Source: Carcharhinus longimanus
Taxonomy: Eukaryota
Length of the DNA stretch: 64,000 nucleotides
Assembly: GCA_030264375.1 (NCBI GenBank)
Contig: JASCQW010000190.1
Location: 70,199,753-70,263,752, forward strand
Direction of reading: 5' to 3'
Shown here: piece by piece, positions 1 through 12,119 of the stretch
Layout: each line of letters opens with the position of its first letter
Position numbering within the stretch: position 1 is the first letter of the stretch
The notes under the pieces: model-generated
Seen by the model: the letters and a program-made list of their open reading frames with translations, nothing else
Told to the model about the DNA's origin: nothing
The model's database searches: none
Position numbers and translations under genes: made by a program

Positions 1-330
1 CCCTACATCCAGTCTGTGAGGCCCTGTCAGAATTTCATACATTTCAATTAGATCTCTCGTTCTTCTGAATTCCAATGAATACATGCCATTCTTTCCTCAT
101 ATGACAATTCTGCCATCCCAGGAATCAGGCTGGTGAACCTTCAATGCTCTCTCTCTATGGCAAGTGTATTCTTTCTTAGATAAGGAGACCATAACTGTCC
201 ACAGTACTGGTGTGGTCTCACCAAGGCCCCGTACAACTGCAGTAAGACTCCCTTGCTCCTGTACTTAATCCTCTTGTGATGACATTTAGTGGCAAGCTTC
301 CCAATGCACTGAATATTTTGTTGTGCATAT
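1..330 (-). mobile_element. CR1-type LINE ORF2 fragment, degenerate
   Basis: Reverse complement of typical CR1 C-terminal ORF2 sequence (ccaggaatcaggctggtgaacctt...ggtctcaccaaggcc). Confidence 0.7.
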
Positions 331-1689
331 CCCTCAGTGTTCCTCTATTGGTTGCCCCATCAAAATGTTCATTTGAGTCCTCTGCAACAGTACTTGCTCT
401 CCAGTGAGTTGGTACATGTGCTATCCTCGTTCCCTGTGTTGGCTGGAAGCCACTCATGCCAGGTATCTCTGCATGTGTTCATCCTGGCTCCAGACTATCC
501 TCTAAAATATTCTGTGTCAGTATTTGAGCTGTTGACTGCAAATGTGAAATTTAGTCGGTATGTCTTCTTTATCACATTTTTCCAACAGTGTCTAGCCAGG
601 TTTCAGTTCTTGGATATCTGAAAAGTCAAAGGTACAAGAGTAAGATTGTGTGCAAATGATGGGCATTAACTGAGGATTCATTTGTACCTCTATAATTAAG
701 CACGGACTAAAACTGATTCCAAAGTCAGGAGGTGCTTGACACATAAACTTTGTAAATAAATGTTCATGAAAATGTGTAAAGATTGGCTCCAATTCTGTCC
801 TTCAACAGGCTTTCTGGAATATAATGTGTAGTTGTAGATTTTATTGTTTGAGCCTTCTGTTTTGTATGTTGCAATTTTCCTGTCCTTTGACATATCCTAT
901 CTAAGGATTTATACCTGTACCTAGGAGGATACAATCAATATCTCTGTAATTTTTGTTATTTCCCTCAGCATCCTAGGATGCATCACACCCAATTCTGATG
1001 AATTCAATGTTTCAAGATCTCTTTGTCAATTTTTTTGCAAACCTGGAATCTCAATTACTATGGCTTTGGCAGCATCCCTTTTCTTGGTGAAGACAGATGC
1101 AGAGTCATTTTGTACTCAACCATGCCCTCTGCCTCCATGCACAGGTCTCATTTTACCCCCTAATTCTCTCCACTTATTGCAAAGTTATTATTTATTTACC
1201 TATGTAATAGTATTGTTTTATGTTAGCTACCAATTTCCCCTCATACTCTCTCTTTGTCATTGTTACACAGAACATAACAGCACAGTACAGGCCCTTCGGC
1301 CCTCAGTGTTGTGCTGAGCTATATCCAATCCCAAGATCAAGCTATCCCTCTCTATAATTCTGGAGTGTTATTTCATTTTCTGTCTGAACTGCTACATTCA
1401 ACCTGTTCCCACTTATTTTGTTAACTTGATATTTAACCCCATGCTTGTCTCATTTTTTGCCTCATCCTACTTCCTGTGCTGGATATTTCCCTGTCCAGAG
1501 GAAGGAATGGGGGATGGTTCCAATGTATTCTTCAAAAGGAAATTGGGTAAATACTTGAAAAAGAGAAAACAAAATGAGGAGAATGGGAAAAGAGTGACAG
1601 AGTGGGACAAACTGAATTGCTGTTGGAAAGAGCTAGTGTGAACTTGGTGGATGAGTTAGTCTCTTGTGTTTAAATATTTTTTGGAGTCA

Positions 1690-1930
1690 CTTTAGCTCAG
1701 TTTGCTGGACAGCTGGTTAGTGATGCAGAAATGATAATAAACGTGCATTTACAGTACGAGTTTCAATTCCTGTATCAGCTGAGGTTATTCATGAAGGCCC
1801 CATATTCTCAACCTAGACCCTTGTCTGAGGTGTGATGATCCTCAGGTTAAAACACCACCAGTCAGCTCTCCCCCTCGAAGGGCAGAGCTTCCTATGGTCA
1901 TCTGGGGCTATAGTTATATGGCGACTTTAT
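1690..1930 (+). mobile_element. tRNA-derived SINE, degenerate
   Basis: A-box-like tagctcagtt and B-box-like gtttcaattcc followed by a non-tRNA body. Confidence 0.55.
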
Positions 1931-2588
1931 CTTATCGGCATAGCTGTGACTGGAAAATCCTGGAACTCAGAGTCTCCAACACACTGTTCTTCATTCTTCA
2001 GATTTTCCCAGGTCAAAGTCACTCACTGCATGATTTCCACAACCTGATCCAGCCACTATACTTCTCCCCTTTTGAGACTTACAGGCTGCATTTAGGTAGT
2101 GCTAACCACTCACAGTGTTGGCTTGCCATTGACACTTCCAACTAATCAAGTATGTGGTTAGCATTTAGATAATTGAAATGAATAGGCAGCATGATGCTAC
2201 TGTGTTTTCTCTATCGCAATCAATGGGTGCAGATTAATCACTCTACTCAATCCCGACACCTGTTCTTGAGTGCTATTAAGTTTAGTCCTTTAAGTGTTAA
2301 TTTAGTGAACGTACACCAGTGCTGTGCCCTGTTAATGTCTATAATCAGTATGTTTTGTAAGAAAAGATGTGTGTATTTTCTTACCCTTTTAATGTATATT
2401 TCAGTTAAATAATTCAGCAGCGTTAAAAGTTTAGAGTTTAAAATGAAAAAGGTTAGTTATCCTCACAGGTTAACCCGAAATTAGCATATCAGACATACGG
2501 TCTCACAAGTGTGCATGTACACATGCACTTTTACAGACTCAGTCTCTGATATACAATTTTCTGTCTCTCATATGGCAGGCCTGTAGTT

Positions 2589-2912
2589 CATAGAATCCCT
2601 ATAGTGCAGAATGAGGCCATTTGGCCCATGGAGTCTGCACCAACCACAATCCCACCCAGGCCCTATCCCCATATCCTCATGCATTTACTGTCGCTAATCC
2701 CCCTGACACTGAGGAGCTATTTAGCATGGCCAGACAACCTAACCCGCTCTCCTTTGGACTGTGGGAGGAAACCGGAGCACCCGGAGGAAACCCAAGCAGA
2801 CACGGGGAGAATGCGCAGACTCTGCACAGACAGTGACTGAAGTTAGGAATTGAACCCGGGTCCCTGGCGCTGTGAGGCAGCAGTGCTAACCACTGTGCCA
2901 TCCGTGCCACCC
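2589..2912 (-). mobile_element. HE1-like V-SINE with CR1-type tail
   Basis: Minus strand shows a tRNA head (ggcacagtggttagcac...gggttcaattcc), the V-domain (gggtttcctccgggtgctccggtttcctcccac) and a tail ending ctatg. Possible target-site duplication (TSD) tagtt. Confidence 0.85.
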
Positions 2913-3584
2913 CATAGTTTTATGAATCGATTTGATGAGTTAAAGTTGAAGCAAGGTACTTGACAAGTGAAGACTTCGCAGAGGGCTGTGTGATTGAATA
3001 TCTAAGAGTTTGATTCTCGGGTAAACTTTGAAACTGGAATGGGTTAGACAATTTGGCTGCTTCTGATTCTTACACTGGCTGACTGGATACTTCTTGTGAA
3101 TTTGCTGGGTCCTGGGGTAATTAGGGTGCAGTCCCTGAAACTAGTTTGGATTACATGACTGCTGGGTTAACAATTTAGAGGCACACGTTGCCTAGTTTTG
3201 ATGGGTCGCCATCGTGATATAGTGAGAAGTTGATTGTGGCCGTTGCGTTTCAATTTTCCTATTTCTTCAGTATGACACTGGAGACAGGCACTCTAGAAAC
3301 TCAGTTGTCATTAAGTGTTGGCTGGTCCTTAAAGAATGAAAATTTCCATAAATGGCTGTGAGGTATACTTGCCCAAGTCCATTTGTGTTGTATTCACCAC
3401 AGACTTGACACTGTCTGTAGTTGAAATGCCTAAAGTCATGTAACTTGTGGCATTTACCTTAAAAGCTTGTTTGTGTACCATTTTTAAAAGCATTGATTGA
3501 AAGTTCACAATCTGACATGTCATTACTGGGCGTGACAGCATTCTTACCTCTTTGAAAGTTCGGTATTAAAACACCACTCGTAGA

Positions 3585-3890
3585 ATAAGAACATAAGAAC
3601 ATAAGAAATAGGAGCAGGAGTAGGCCAACTAGCCCTTCGAGCCTGCCCCGCCATTCAANNNNNNNNNNNNNNNNNNNNNNNNNNNNNNNNNNNNNNNNNN
3701 NNNNNNNNNNNNNNNNNNNNNNNNNNNNNNNNNNNNNNNNNNNNNNNNNNNNNNNNNNAAGTCCCCTGACCTTCTGCAATAACCTCTTATGAGGTACTTT
3801 GTCAAACGCCTTCTGAAAATCCAGAAAGACCACACCCACCGGCTCTCCTCTATCCACCGCCCTAGACACATCCTCATAGAACTCCATAGA
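3585..3890 (-). mobile_element. Young CR1 LINE collapsed across the N-gap 3659-3758
   Basis: 3' tail (aagaacat)n left of the gap. Open reverse transcriptase (RT) motif VFLDFQKAFDKVPHKRLL right of the gap. Confidence 0.9.
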
Positions 3891-3939
3891 AGACATAATG
3901 TCGGCGTGCCCTTCAGTGCAATGCTGAAGGGGTACCTTA

Positions 3940-4125
3940 TACTATCTTTTTAATGAGGGTGTCCTTAAGACAGAAATAGATAGGTTCTTGATTGATAAGG
4001 GGATCAGGGGTTAAGGGGAAAAGGCAGGAGAATGCGGATGAGAAAAAAATCAGCCACAATTGAATGGTGGAGCAGACTTGATGGGCCGAGTGGCCTAATT
4101 CTGCTCCAGTGTCTTACGGTCTTAT
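3940..4125 (+). mobile_element. CR1 LINE 3' end
   Basis: aagacagaaatagataggttcttg...atgggccgagtggcctaattctgctcc...cttatg. Confidence 0.8.
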
Positions 4126-4850
4126 GAGTCTAATGAGATGGTGAACTGAGGTCCAGTCTTTCCTTTCAGCTGAGTATAAAGAATCCCAGAGCATTAAGTC
4201 ATAATTGTGCCCATTCACAATAAATTGGCTGCACTTAAAAAAAACACAACCATGTGAAGGCATTTAAATGCATGTTTGTTATAATTTCTGCATAGGATAA
4301 TGTTTGTATAATTTAGTTTGAATGGGGTATGGGTGCAATGTATATCGACCCACTTATTAAAAAGAGTCTAAAATAGGCCCATTGCTATGATACATCTGCT
4401 GTGATTTTCTGCTGTTGTGAACTTTATCGGGATCAGATTAGAAAGATGTTCAGTGAAAGAAAAATCACAAGGAAAAAGGCTGCATATATCATTACTGTTC
4501 GTGACTCCTTCCTGTGCATAAATTAACTGTTACCTCCTTATATCCCAATAGTAACTACACTTCAAAAAGTACCTAATAGTCTGTAACGACCTTTGTGATA
4601 TCCTAAGGTCATAAAGGATGTTATCTACATGCAAATGCTTTCATGACTTTAATCCAAGTTTCACTTGATTTATCAATTATTGTGATTGTAAAAGAATAAG
4701 TAATCTTGTTTCAATTTATCATGTTTCACAACTCTGCTTTTTCATCATTGTTTGTGAAGGGAAACATTTCAAATTCCTCACAAGGCTATCCCCACAAGTT
4801 TTATGCCAGCCTGCTATTACACAGATGGTATTGGATAGAGGTGTCAACAA

Positions 4851-5120
4851 TCATAGAACATAGAAAAACTACAGCACGAACAGGCCCTTCGGCCCACAAG
4901 TTGCGCTTAACACCTCTACCTACTTAGGCTTACCTATAACCCTCAATCCTACTAAGTCCCGTGTACTCATCCAGAAGTCTCTTAAAAGACCCTTTCAAAT
5001 CTGAATCCGCCTCCACCACCACTGCTGGCAGCCGATTCCATGCACCCACCACCCTCTGAGTGAAAAACTTATCCCTGACGTCTCCTCTGTACCTATTCCC
5101 CAGCACCCTAAACCTGTGTT
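4851..5120 (-). mobile_element. CR1 LINE 3' end, same subfamily as 7110-7580
   Basis: catagaacatag tail; near reverse complement of about 7310-7580. Confidence 0.85.
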
Positions 5121-7109
5121 ATCATTTTGACACCTTGTGTTTTTTGCAAATAATTTTGTTTTGAAACCTATTAATCAGTGTCCAGAAATGTTACACTTGA
5201 ATCATGTTAAGTTTTTATCATTTAGTGGAATTGTGTACTTCATTAAAATCATGATAACTTCCATTCGTTGTCCATTTAAAATAGCACTAAAATATTTGAT
5301 GTCTCTTTGTAAACATTAGTAGGAAAGCCAGATCTTCAAATATCTTTATTGTTGTAATCTATGTAATTAGTGTGATGCCATAGTAATTTAACAATGGTTT
5401 GCATTATTGGAAAATGCCCATGGTGATTCCTTTTGCTTAAAATTCTAGAAAAACTAAAACATGAAGTTCTTATACTTTAAGAAAGGTGGACAAAATGCTG
5501 ATTAAATCAATATTCATCGTTTTGGTAAACCAAGTGGTAACAGAACAAACCAGGAGCGGTTTGAAATGTAATTGCTGTCTCCTAACTATAGCCACATTTC
5601 TGCTAGTGCTGTTTCAGCCTGAATTCTCAGAGACTAGGTTCTATGAATCTGATGGGTGAGTTGCTAATTCCTTATTCCATTGGCACATCCATTGACTGTC
5701 TGTGAGCCTACGAGTTGGAAGTTAGATTTGGTAGTTGCTCAAGGCATTCCCTGTTAGGATGTGACTGAAAGTGCATGTTAATAATTTATGTAGAGCTGTA
5801 TTAAATATCATAGTTGGACTAAAGTATGGTTACATTGGAAATTTTGAAACTTTCTAATTCCTGTTATACTTGCAGTGATGTAAGTGATTTTCATCTTAGT
5901 GGCACTAATAATTAAGATTATAAATTTAGTGATGTTGCTTTGCACGTTAGTTGTTTTAAGAATGAAATTGTTAGACTACCAACTCCATTTGCTCCAAATT
6001 GGATACAAGTAGAAGGCGTTTTTTAAGGGAAGCTAGATTGACACATGAGGGAGAGAGGAATGGAAAGATATGTTGTTACGCTGAGCTGGAGTAACATGGG
6101 AGGAGGCTCATGCGGAACATAAACACCGACATTGATTAAGTAGGCTGAGTGGTCTATTTCTGTGCTGTGAAATTCAGTTCAAGTAAAATACATTATCCGT
6201 GTATCTGATCAGAAAACAGGTGATAAATTGTGATTTGTTTCCATCAGAAATTTTCTGGAGTTATTTTTTACATTGTGACTGAAACACTGTTAATAACTGT
6301 GCATGTGTGCTTCAGGCTTGTAGTGGGTTGCAGTGTGGGTGTTTTGGCATATTGAACAGAACGGTGTGTCTTTATTTCCACATTTGAGTCATGAATCCTT
6401 CTTTTCTGGATCAATTCCCAGTTTGTTCAATTTAATTCGTTATGCACAAGGCATTTAGTGCACAGCACACTATTATATAACAGAATTTTGTTTGTGTTAA
6501 TGTGGCATGCAAATTTTTTTCCTGTTTGGTTCCGCATTCATGTTGTCTGTGATATGATTTAGAAAAGGCAAAGGAAGTTAATGTATGGTAGTGCAGTGTA
6601 GTAAATTAGTAAAATACAAGACAAATTGAAATAAATTGTATCAGCTTGTAAAACCTTTTATACAGTGTAAACTCACAAATATATAACCAGTTTAACAAAA
6701 TATTTCCTTGTATCTGTTGTTTGCATGTATAAAGTGCAAGAAAAGCCGTTTGTTGCATCAGTCCAAGTGGCTTATTTGTATGTAAAAATTCCCTACTATT
6801 TCATCCTTTTGAACTATTTCAAATTGTTTCTTACTGTTTCTGTTTAACTTCCTTAACTCATTTTTACATTTAGCAACATTTACTTTATAGTTTGTAGCAG
6901 GATATGTTGTGCTTTATATCATAGCCTTGTCCTGTTAAAGGACTTTCCTCTGATTCATAAGCAGTTCCATGAGTGATCAGCAATTGCGGCAACAAGAGTT
7001 TTAGAACACCTTTGTAGTTGTGTGTTTGCAGTACTGTTGTCAGTATCCAATTAGCATTTGATCTTTCCTCAGGTAGACGAGATTAAGTTGCTTTGGCTTT
7101 GAGGGCTAG

Positions 7110-7580
7110 ATGCAATTTAGATTTACAAGGATGTCGCCTGGATTGGGAGGCATGCCTTATGAAGAGAGGTTGAGGGAGCTAGGTCTCTTCTCCCTGGAGA
7201 GACGAAGATTGAGAGGCGACCTGATAGAGGTTTATAAAATGTTGAGAGGTATAGATAGGGTGGATTCTCGGAGGCTGTTTCCCAGGGCTGAAATGGTCGC
7301 TACGAGAGAAGACAGGTTTAAGGTGCTAGGAAGCAAGTACAGCGGAGATGTTAGGGCTAAGTTTTTCACTCAGAGGGTGGTGAGTGAGTGGAATCGGCTG
7401 CCATCGGTCGTGGTAGAGGCAAACTCACTGGTGTCTTTTAAAAGATTTCTGGATGCGTATATGGGATCTAATGGGATTGGGAGTTACAGATAGTTCTATG
7501 GCTTGGTAAGTATAGATGTGATCGGCGCAACTTGTGGGCCGAAGGGCCTGTTTGTGCTGTAGTGTCCTATGTTCTATGTA
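7110..7580 (+). mobile_element. CR1 LINE, 5'-truncated: ORF2 C-terminus plus 3'UTR
   Basis: Open frame YEERLRELGLFSLERRRLRGDLIEVYK...FFTQRVV..WNRLP; tail ctatgttctatg. Confidence 0.92.
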
Positions 7581-8469
7581 AATGTACTGAAATTGTCAAC
7601 AAGTTTGCAAAGAACAATTTCACAATGTTAAGACAAAGAGAGTCTTCCCCTGGGATTACTAAGCTCCGTTGTGTTCATTCTTTATAAGAAATACATGTCT
7701 AAGAATTTCCCACAGTAAGCCACTAAGATAAATATTTCCCAAATATGCTTGTTCGCTGCTAGTGTGGAACATCCACAAAGCCAGCTTAGGCAACTTAGTA
7801 GATAGCTCCAATTAAAGACCGATCTCTGGCTATGAATTCTGTAGTTTTCCAGTCACAGGAAGGCATTCATCTTTTGACTAAGATACGTTGCCCTGCTCCA
7901 GTAATCATGCTGTGTGAATACAGTACATTCATTTGTGTTTCATTGGAGCCTTGACCGACAAGGTAGCTAATTGATTCAAAATGGGTGCACAGGCTTAGCA
8001 ATCCCTGCTAATTGCAAGCATCTACTTGTGCTGAGCCACATTGTTATTTTTTTCTTTTGCTATTACAGGACAAGCAAAGAACACAACAGTTTCTGGCTGT
8101 CCCCTGACCACCTGTGTCTCCATTACCCAATGATTTCCTAACCCCGGAATTGCTAAGGGAAACTCATCTCGGCAAGTCAGCCACCTTGCCACTGAGGCAT
8201 TTTACTGTTCTAATGGACAGCCCTGAAAAGGCGTTAAGATTTGACCACTTGCTCCAACATCCAGCCAGGTCAAACACTAACACACAGCCCGTTCACTGGC
8301 TCGAGTAGCAATCTTTTCAAACTGGCTTTCATAGTGATTAGGAATTGAATTTTAATGGTGTAGATCAGAAAGGAGGCAAGGAAACAGACCATTTAAGGAA
8401 CAGATCATTCAAAACACAATGTCGCTGAAAAACAGGGTGAAATGGTAAAAATAGAACAATTGCTCTGAA

Positions 8470-8855
8470 TAAGAACATAAGAACATATGAACTGGGAGCA
8501 GGAGTAGACCATCTGGTCTCCCAAGCCTGCTCCGCCATTCAATAAGATCATGGCTGATCTTTTCGTGGACTCAGCTCCACTTACCTGTCCGTTCAACATA
8601 ACCCTTAATTCCTTTACTGTTCAAAAATTTATCTATCNNNNNNNNNNNNNNNNNNNNNNNNNNNNNNNNNNNNNNNNNNNNNNNNNNNNNNNNNNNNNNN
8701 NNNNNNNNNNNNNNNNNNNNNNNNNNNNNNNNNNNNNTGGATGAGTACATGGGATTTAATGGGATTGAGGGTTATAGATAGGCCTGGTAGGTTGGGATAT
8801 GATCGGTGCAACTTATGGGCCGAAAGGCCTGTTTGTGCTGTAGTGTTCTATGTTC
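8470..8855. mobile_element. Two CR1 3' ends in opposite orientations separated by the N-gap 8638-8737
   Basis: (aagaacat)n minus-strand tail on the left; plus-strand tail ...tagtgttctatg on the right. Confidence 0.75.
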
Positions 8856-9453
8856 AATTCCACAAACTGGTCATGGCTCCTCTGTGTGAGTAAGCACTGG
8901 CACCTTTGCAAAGCTGTGCAAATGTGTTACTGCTCCAGTGCACCAGTCCCCGGTCCAGTTTTAGCTCTCTTTCATCTTGCTGGGCACCAGTTACGATTCA
9001 ATACCATTATTTATATGTAAGCCTTGGCAGTGAATGTTGTATTATTTGTCCTTGAAGTACATCGGACTGGCCTTGAGCAAAGTCTGATATTGTCGTCATC
9101 TCATGTTAGACACACACTGCCCATCAGATGATTCAGTGGATGGTGAGCTGAAGCAGCAGTGCTGAGTGATTTGTCTCCTCATCTCATCTGAGAATACTGA
9201 GACTAATTTTAGTTGTGCAGGTTTATTTGTGGGCTTTTCTGCACTTCCTTTCCCTGTATATCTATTGGTTCCATGATGCAACCAAAATGTTCTTGACTTC
9301 CCATCGTTCCTTATACTAAGCAAAAGAAAAAAAAATTATCAATTGGTCAGCCTATTCACCTGATAACTGAGATTATTTTTGCTGAAATATAATGCTTGGC
9401 TGCCTCTTGATGTTTAATTTTATAGCTATATTTTCTAAATGTTGTATCATTAG

Positions 9454-9570
9454 GATGAAGGAAGATTCAAAGAGATTGCAATCACACATCATGTGAAGGA
9501 AGGCTGTGAGAAGGCTGATCCCACACAATTTGAGTTGCTGAAGGTTCTGGGTCAGGGATCTTTTGGAAAG
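9454..9570 (+). CDS. RPS6KA6: RSK4 internal exon (117 bp): [40 protein letters not shown]-terminal kinase domain (NTKD) Gly-rich loop
   Basis: tag| acceptor and |gtaagt donor. Translation matches the [30 protein letters not shown] motif. Phase 0/0. Confidence 0.96.
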
Positions 9571-12119
9571 GTAAGTGCTCTGTAATCTTAGTTACAACAC
9601 GTTGTTGAGGGAAGCTTGATCAGTCTTTGTTAATCAGGCAGGAATTCAAATGAATTTGTCCATCTCGCCCTTTTTCACTAAGTTTGCCTATGCAATTTTT
9701 AAAATGTGAGCATATTACAAAGTATCACATTTTCTCTGTTGTTGATCCAGCCTTCATTGTTATATGAGCATTCTCTTTTGCTGCATTTGATCAACTGGAG
9801 TGGATTATCTGGTGCAGAGTAAAGTTACTGAATTCCAACTGCTGTGGTTAACTTTGTCTATTATTAGTCTTAAGTCAAAAATATCTTGTGATGTAACTGT
9901 AATTCAGGACCAGTTAACGGTTCATGCACTGTGTACGTGACATTAGAAAAGAATGGCTCCTTGTTTTGAGTTAAAGGCCACAGATCAGAGGCTTCATCCT
10001 TGGCCTGGTCAATTTCAGTCGAGGATGTTGGAGCAGAGGGAGGGCTTTATAATTGGTCACTGTTCCTAGGCTGGTGAAGGCCAAAATTAATGAAGGCCTC
10101 CATTTCTGCCGGAAGTGTATTTGTGTAGCCATTAGGTGAAACTGAATTGGAATCAGGGGCATGGTGTTCCCAACCAGGTAGCCCACAGACAATTGCTGTC
10201 CATGTTTTATCATGAAGGCTCACTTGGGAACCAACTGTGCGGAAAACAAGTGTCCAGAAGTTTAATTGTGTGCACAATTTAAATAATATATGCATGTTTT
10301 GACATTTGCTGATCAGTCTCGATATTTCCAGAGTCAAAATGTCCTTATGTTAATCAACTTCGCAGAAATCTGACACCATTCCATTTTTCTTTCCCCTCAG
10401 CAAATATCCCCCAACTCTTCCTCATCTAAGGGGTTCATTCCTCTCTCGGGTGTGACTCCATAGATGTTACTTTCCATTTGATGCCTAGCCGAAATTGCCA
10501 TTATACATACATATATTTTGATACCCATTGCACCCAAACTTAACCTTAATATCTGTCCCTCTGCAGGGATTGAGAGATAATTGTTAGGAGCAGGAACCTT
10601 GACTGACCTGCCCACCCCATCCCATTCCATCTGAAGTGCCCCCAGTCCACCTGATATCAGCTAGCTCACAGACAATGGACCAAAATTCAGACATCCCATG
10701 CTTGCCTGCCTCAGCAATTCATTTAATAAACTTGTTTTGCAGGATCTCTGTCAGCTTGTTTTAACTACTAGTGGTTCACTCTTACATCCATAATTCTGTT
10801 TAAATTTTTTTGAAATCAAATGATATAAATGGTAATTAACATTCACTCAGCTTGGCTGATTTCTTAGTTTTAAAATTTTGACTAAATTTGCATTACTCTG
10901 TTTGGTTTAATTGGAAATTTATGAGCAATTGACAAATTCTGATTACACTTTTTGAGGCTGCAATTAGCTGTATTTGAGTAAATCTGCAGATCACATTCCA
11001 TGTCAATGCTTTAAATCTTAAAAGTTAGAGTTCACTGCAGTGGTGTTGTAAACAAATTAATTGTGTTATACATTTATTGAGTACAGTGTTATTGATTAAT
11101 ATTCAAGCATGAAAAGTATATTGGTTGTATTTATGGGCAGTGATGAGTTTCAATAACAAAAAAATGGTCCNNNNNNNNNNNNNNNNNNNNNNNNNNNNNN
11201 NNNNNNNNNNNNNNNNNNNNNNNNNNNNNNNNNNNNNNNNNNNNNNNNNNNNNNNNNNNNNNNNNNNNNNNNNNNNNNNNNNNNNNNNNNNNNNNNNNNN
11301 NNNNNNNNNNNNNNNNNNNNNNNNNNNNNNNNNNNNNNNNNNNNNNNNNNNNNNNNNNNNNCCTCCCTCCTATTCACCCACCACTTCCTACCCCCACAAG
11401 CTACCAAAACCCAGAATTGCCAAGAAATAAATTTGAACCCCATTTCCCCTCCCTGTAGAACTGCTAGTTGCCATATCAACCTCCAATTCAGGCATTTTGC
11501 ATATCCTCCTCTTGATTATACAAATATATAGGAACATGTATAAAGAATACTTATTTTGATTTTTCACAATAATTGTCAAAGCACCAGTACAAATCACAAA
11601 ATACATTTTAATAAAAATGGAGCTTGACTAACTCGATTACTGTAAATCAGTAGCTCTGATTTATCCTCATACACAGACATAAATATGCCCATTATCAACA
11701 AAGAATCTTCTGACTCACTGATCATTACCATGCTAGAGCTAATGTACCCTTTTACAGAACACTCTTGTTAAAATGTTTCACTGGCTGCTCATCCCTGATT
11801 AATCAGTATCATTACTTGAATTAATGACTGTATGTATCACTAGAGAGGTGTTTTTTTTCAATTCTTGAGCTGAGTAAGACAAGAGGCTGTATTGAAAAAT
11901 ATTCTCTGCCCTGAGATTAAGTGCTGCTTGGCTGCAATGATTCCAAGAACAGAATCACAAAACAGAGGAACAGGAACAGATGGATCTTGCCTCATTTCCA
12001 TTGGACATTTACCGTCTGTGTTAAATAGAATATTGCACAGGTAATGCTGAGATAGACATGAAGCTTGCAGCAGAGTTAGCCACTAGCTTCATGCATCTAG
12101 TGGGAAGACCAAAGTAAAC

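Noticed and set aside
2830-2912. tRNA gene (also at about 17385, 29100 and 56160)
   Set aside because: The A/B boxes are SINE heads that continue into SINE bodies; there is no complete cloverleaf.
7110-7493. 127-aa ORF as a host gene (likewise 3459-3896, 12021-12536, 14969-15271, 34287-34475)
   Set aside because: These are CR1 ORF2 fragments.
1-9453. RSK4 exons 1-2 (start codon and DEPM-containing exon)
   Set aside because: No matching peptide with splice sites was found by eye. They presumably lie upstream or in a gap. The candidate acceptor at about 7072 leads to a stop and a LINE.
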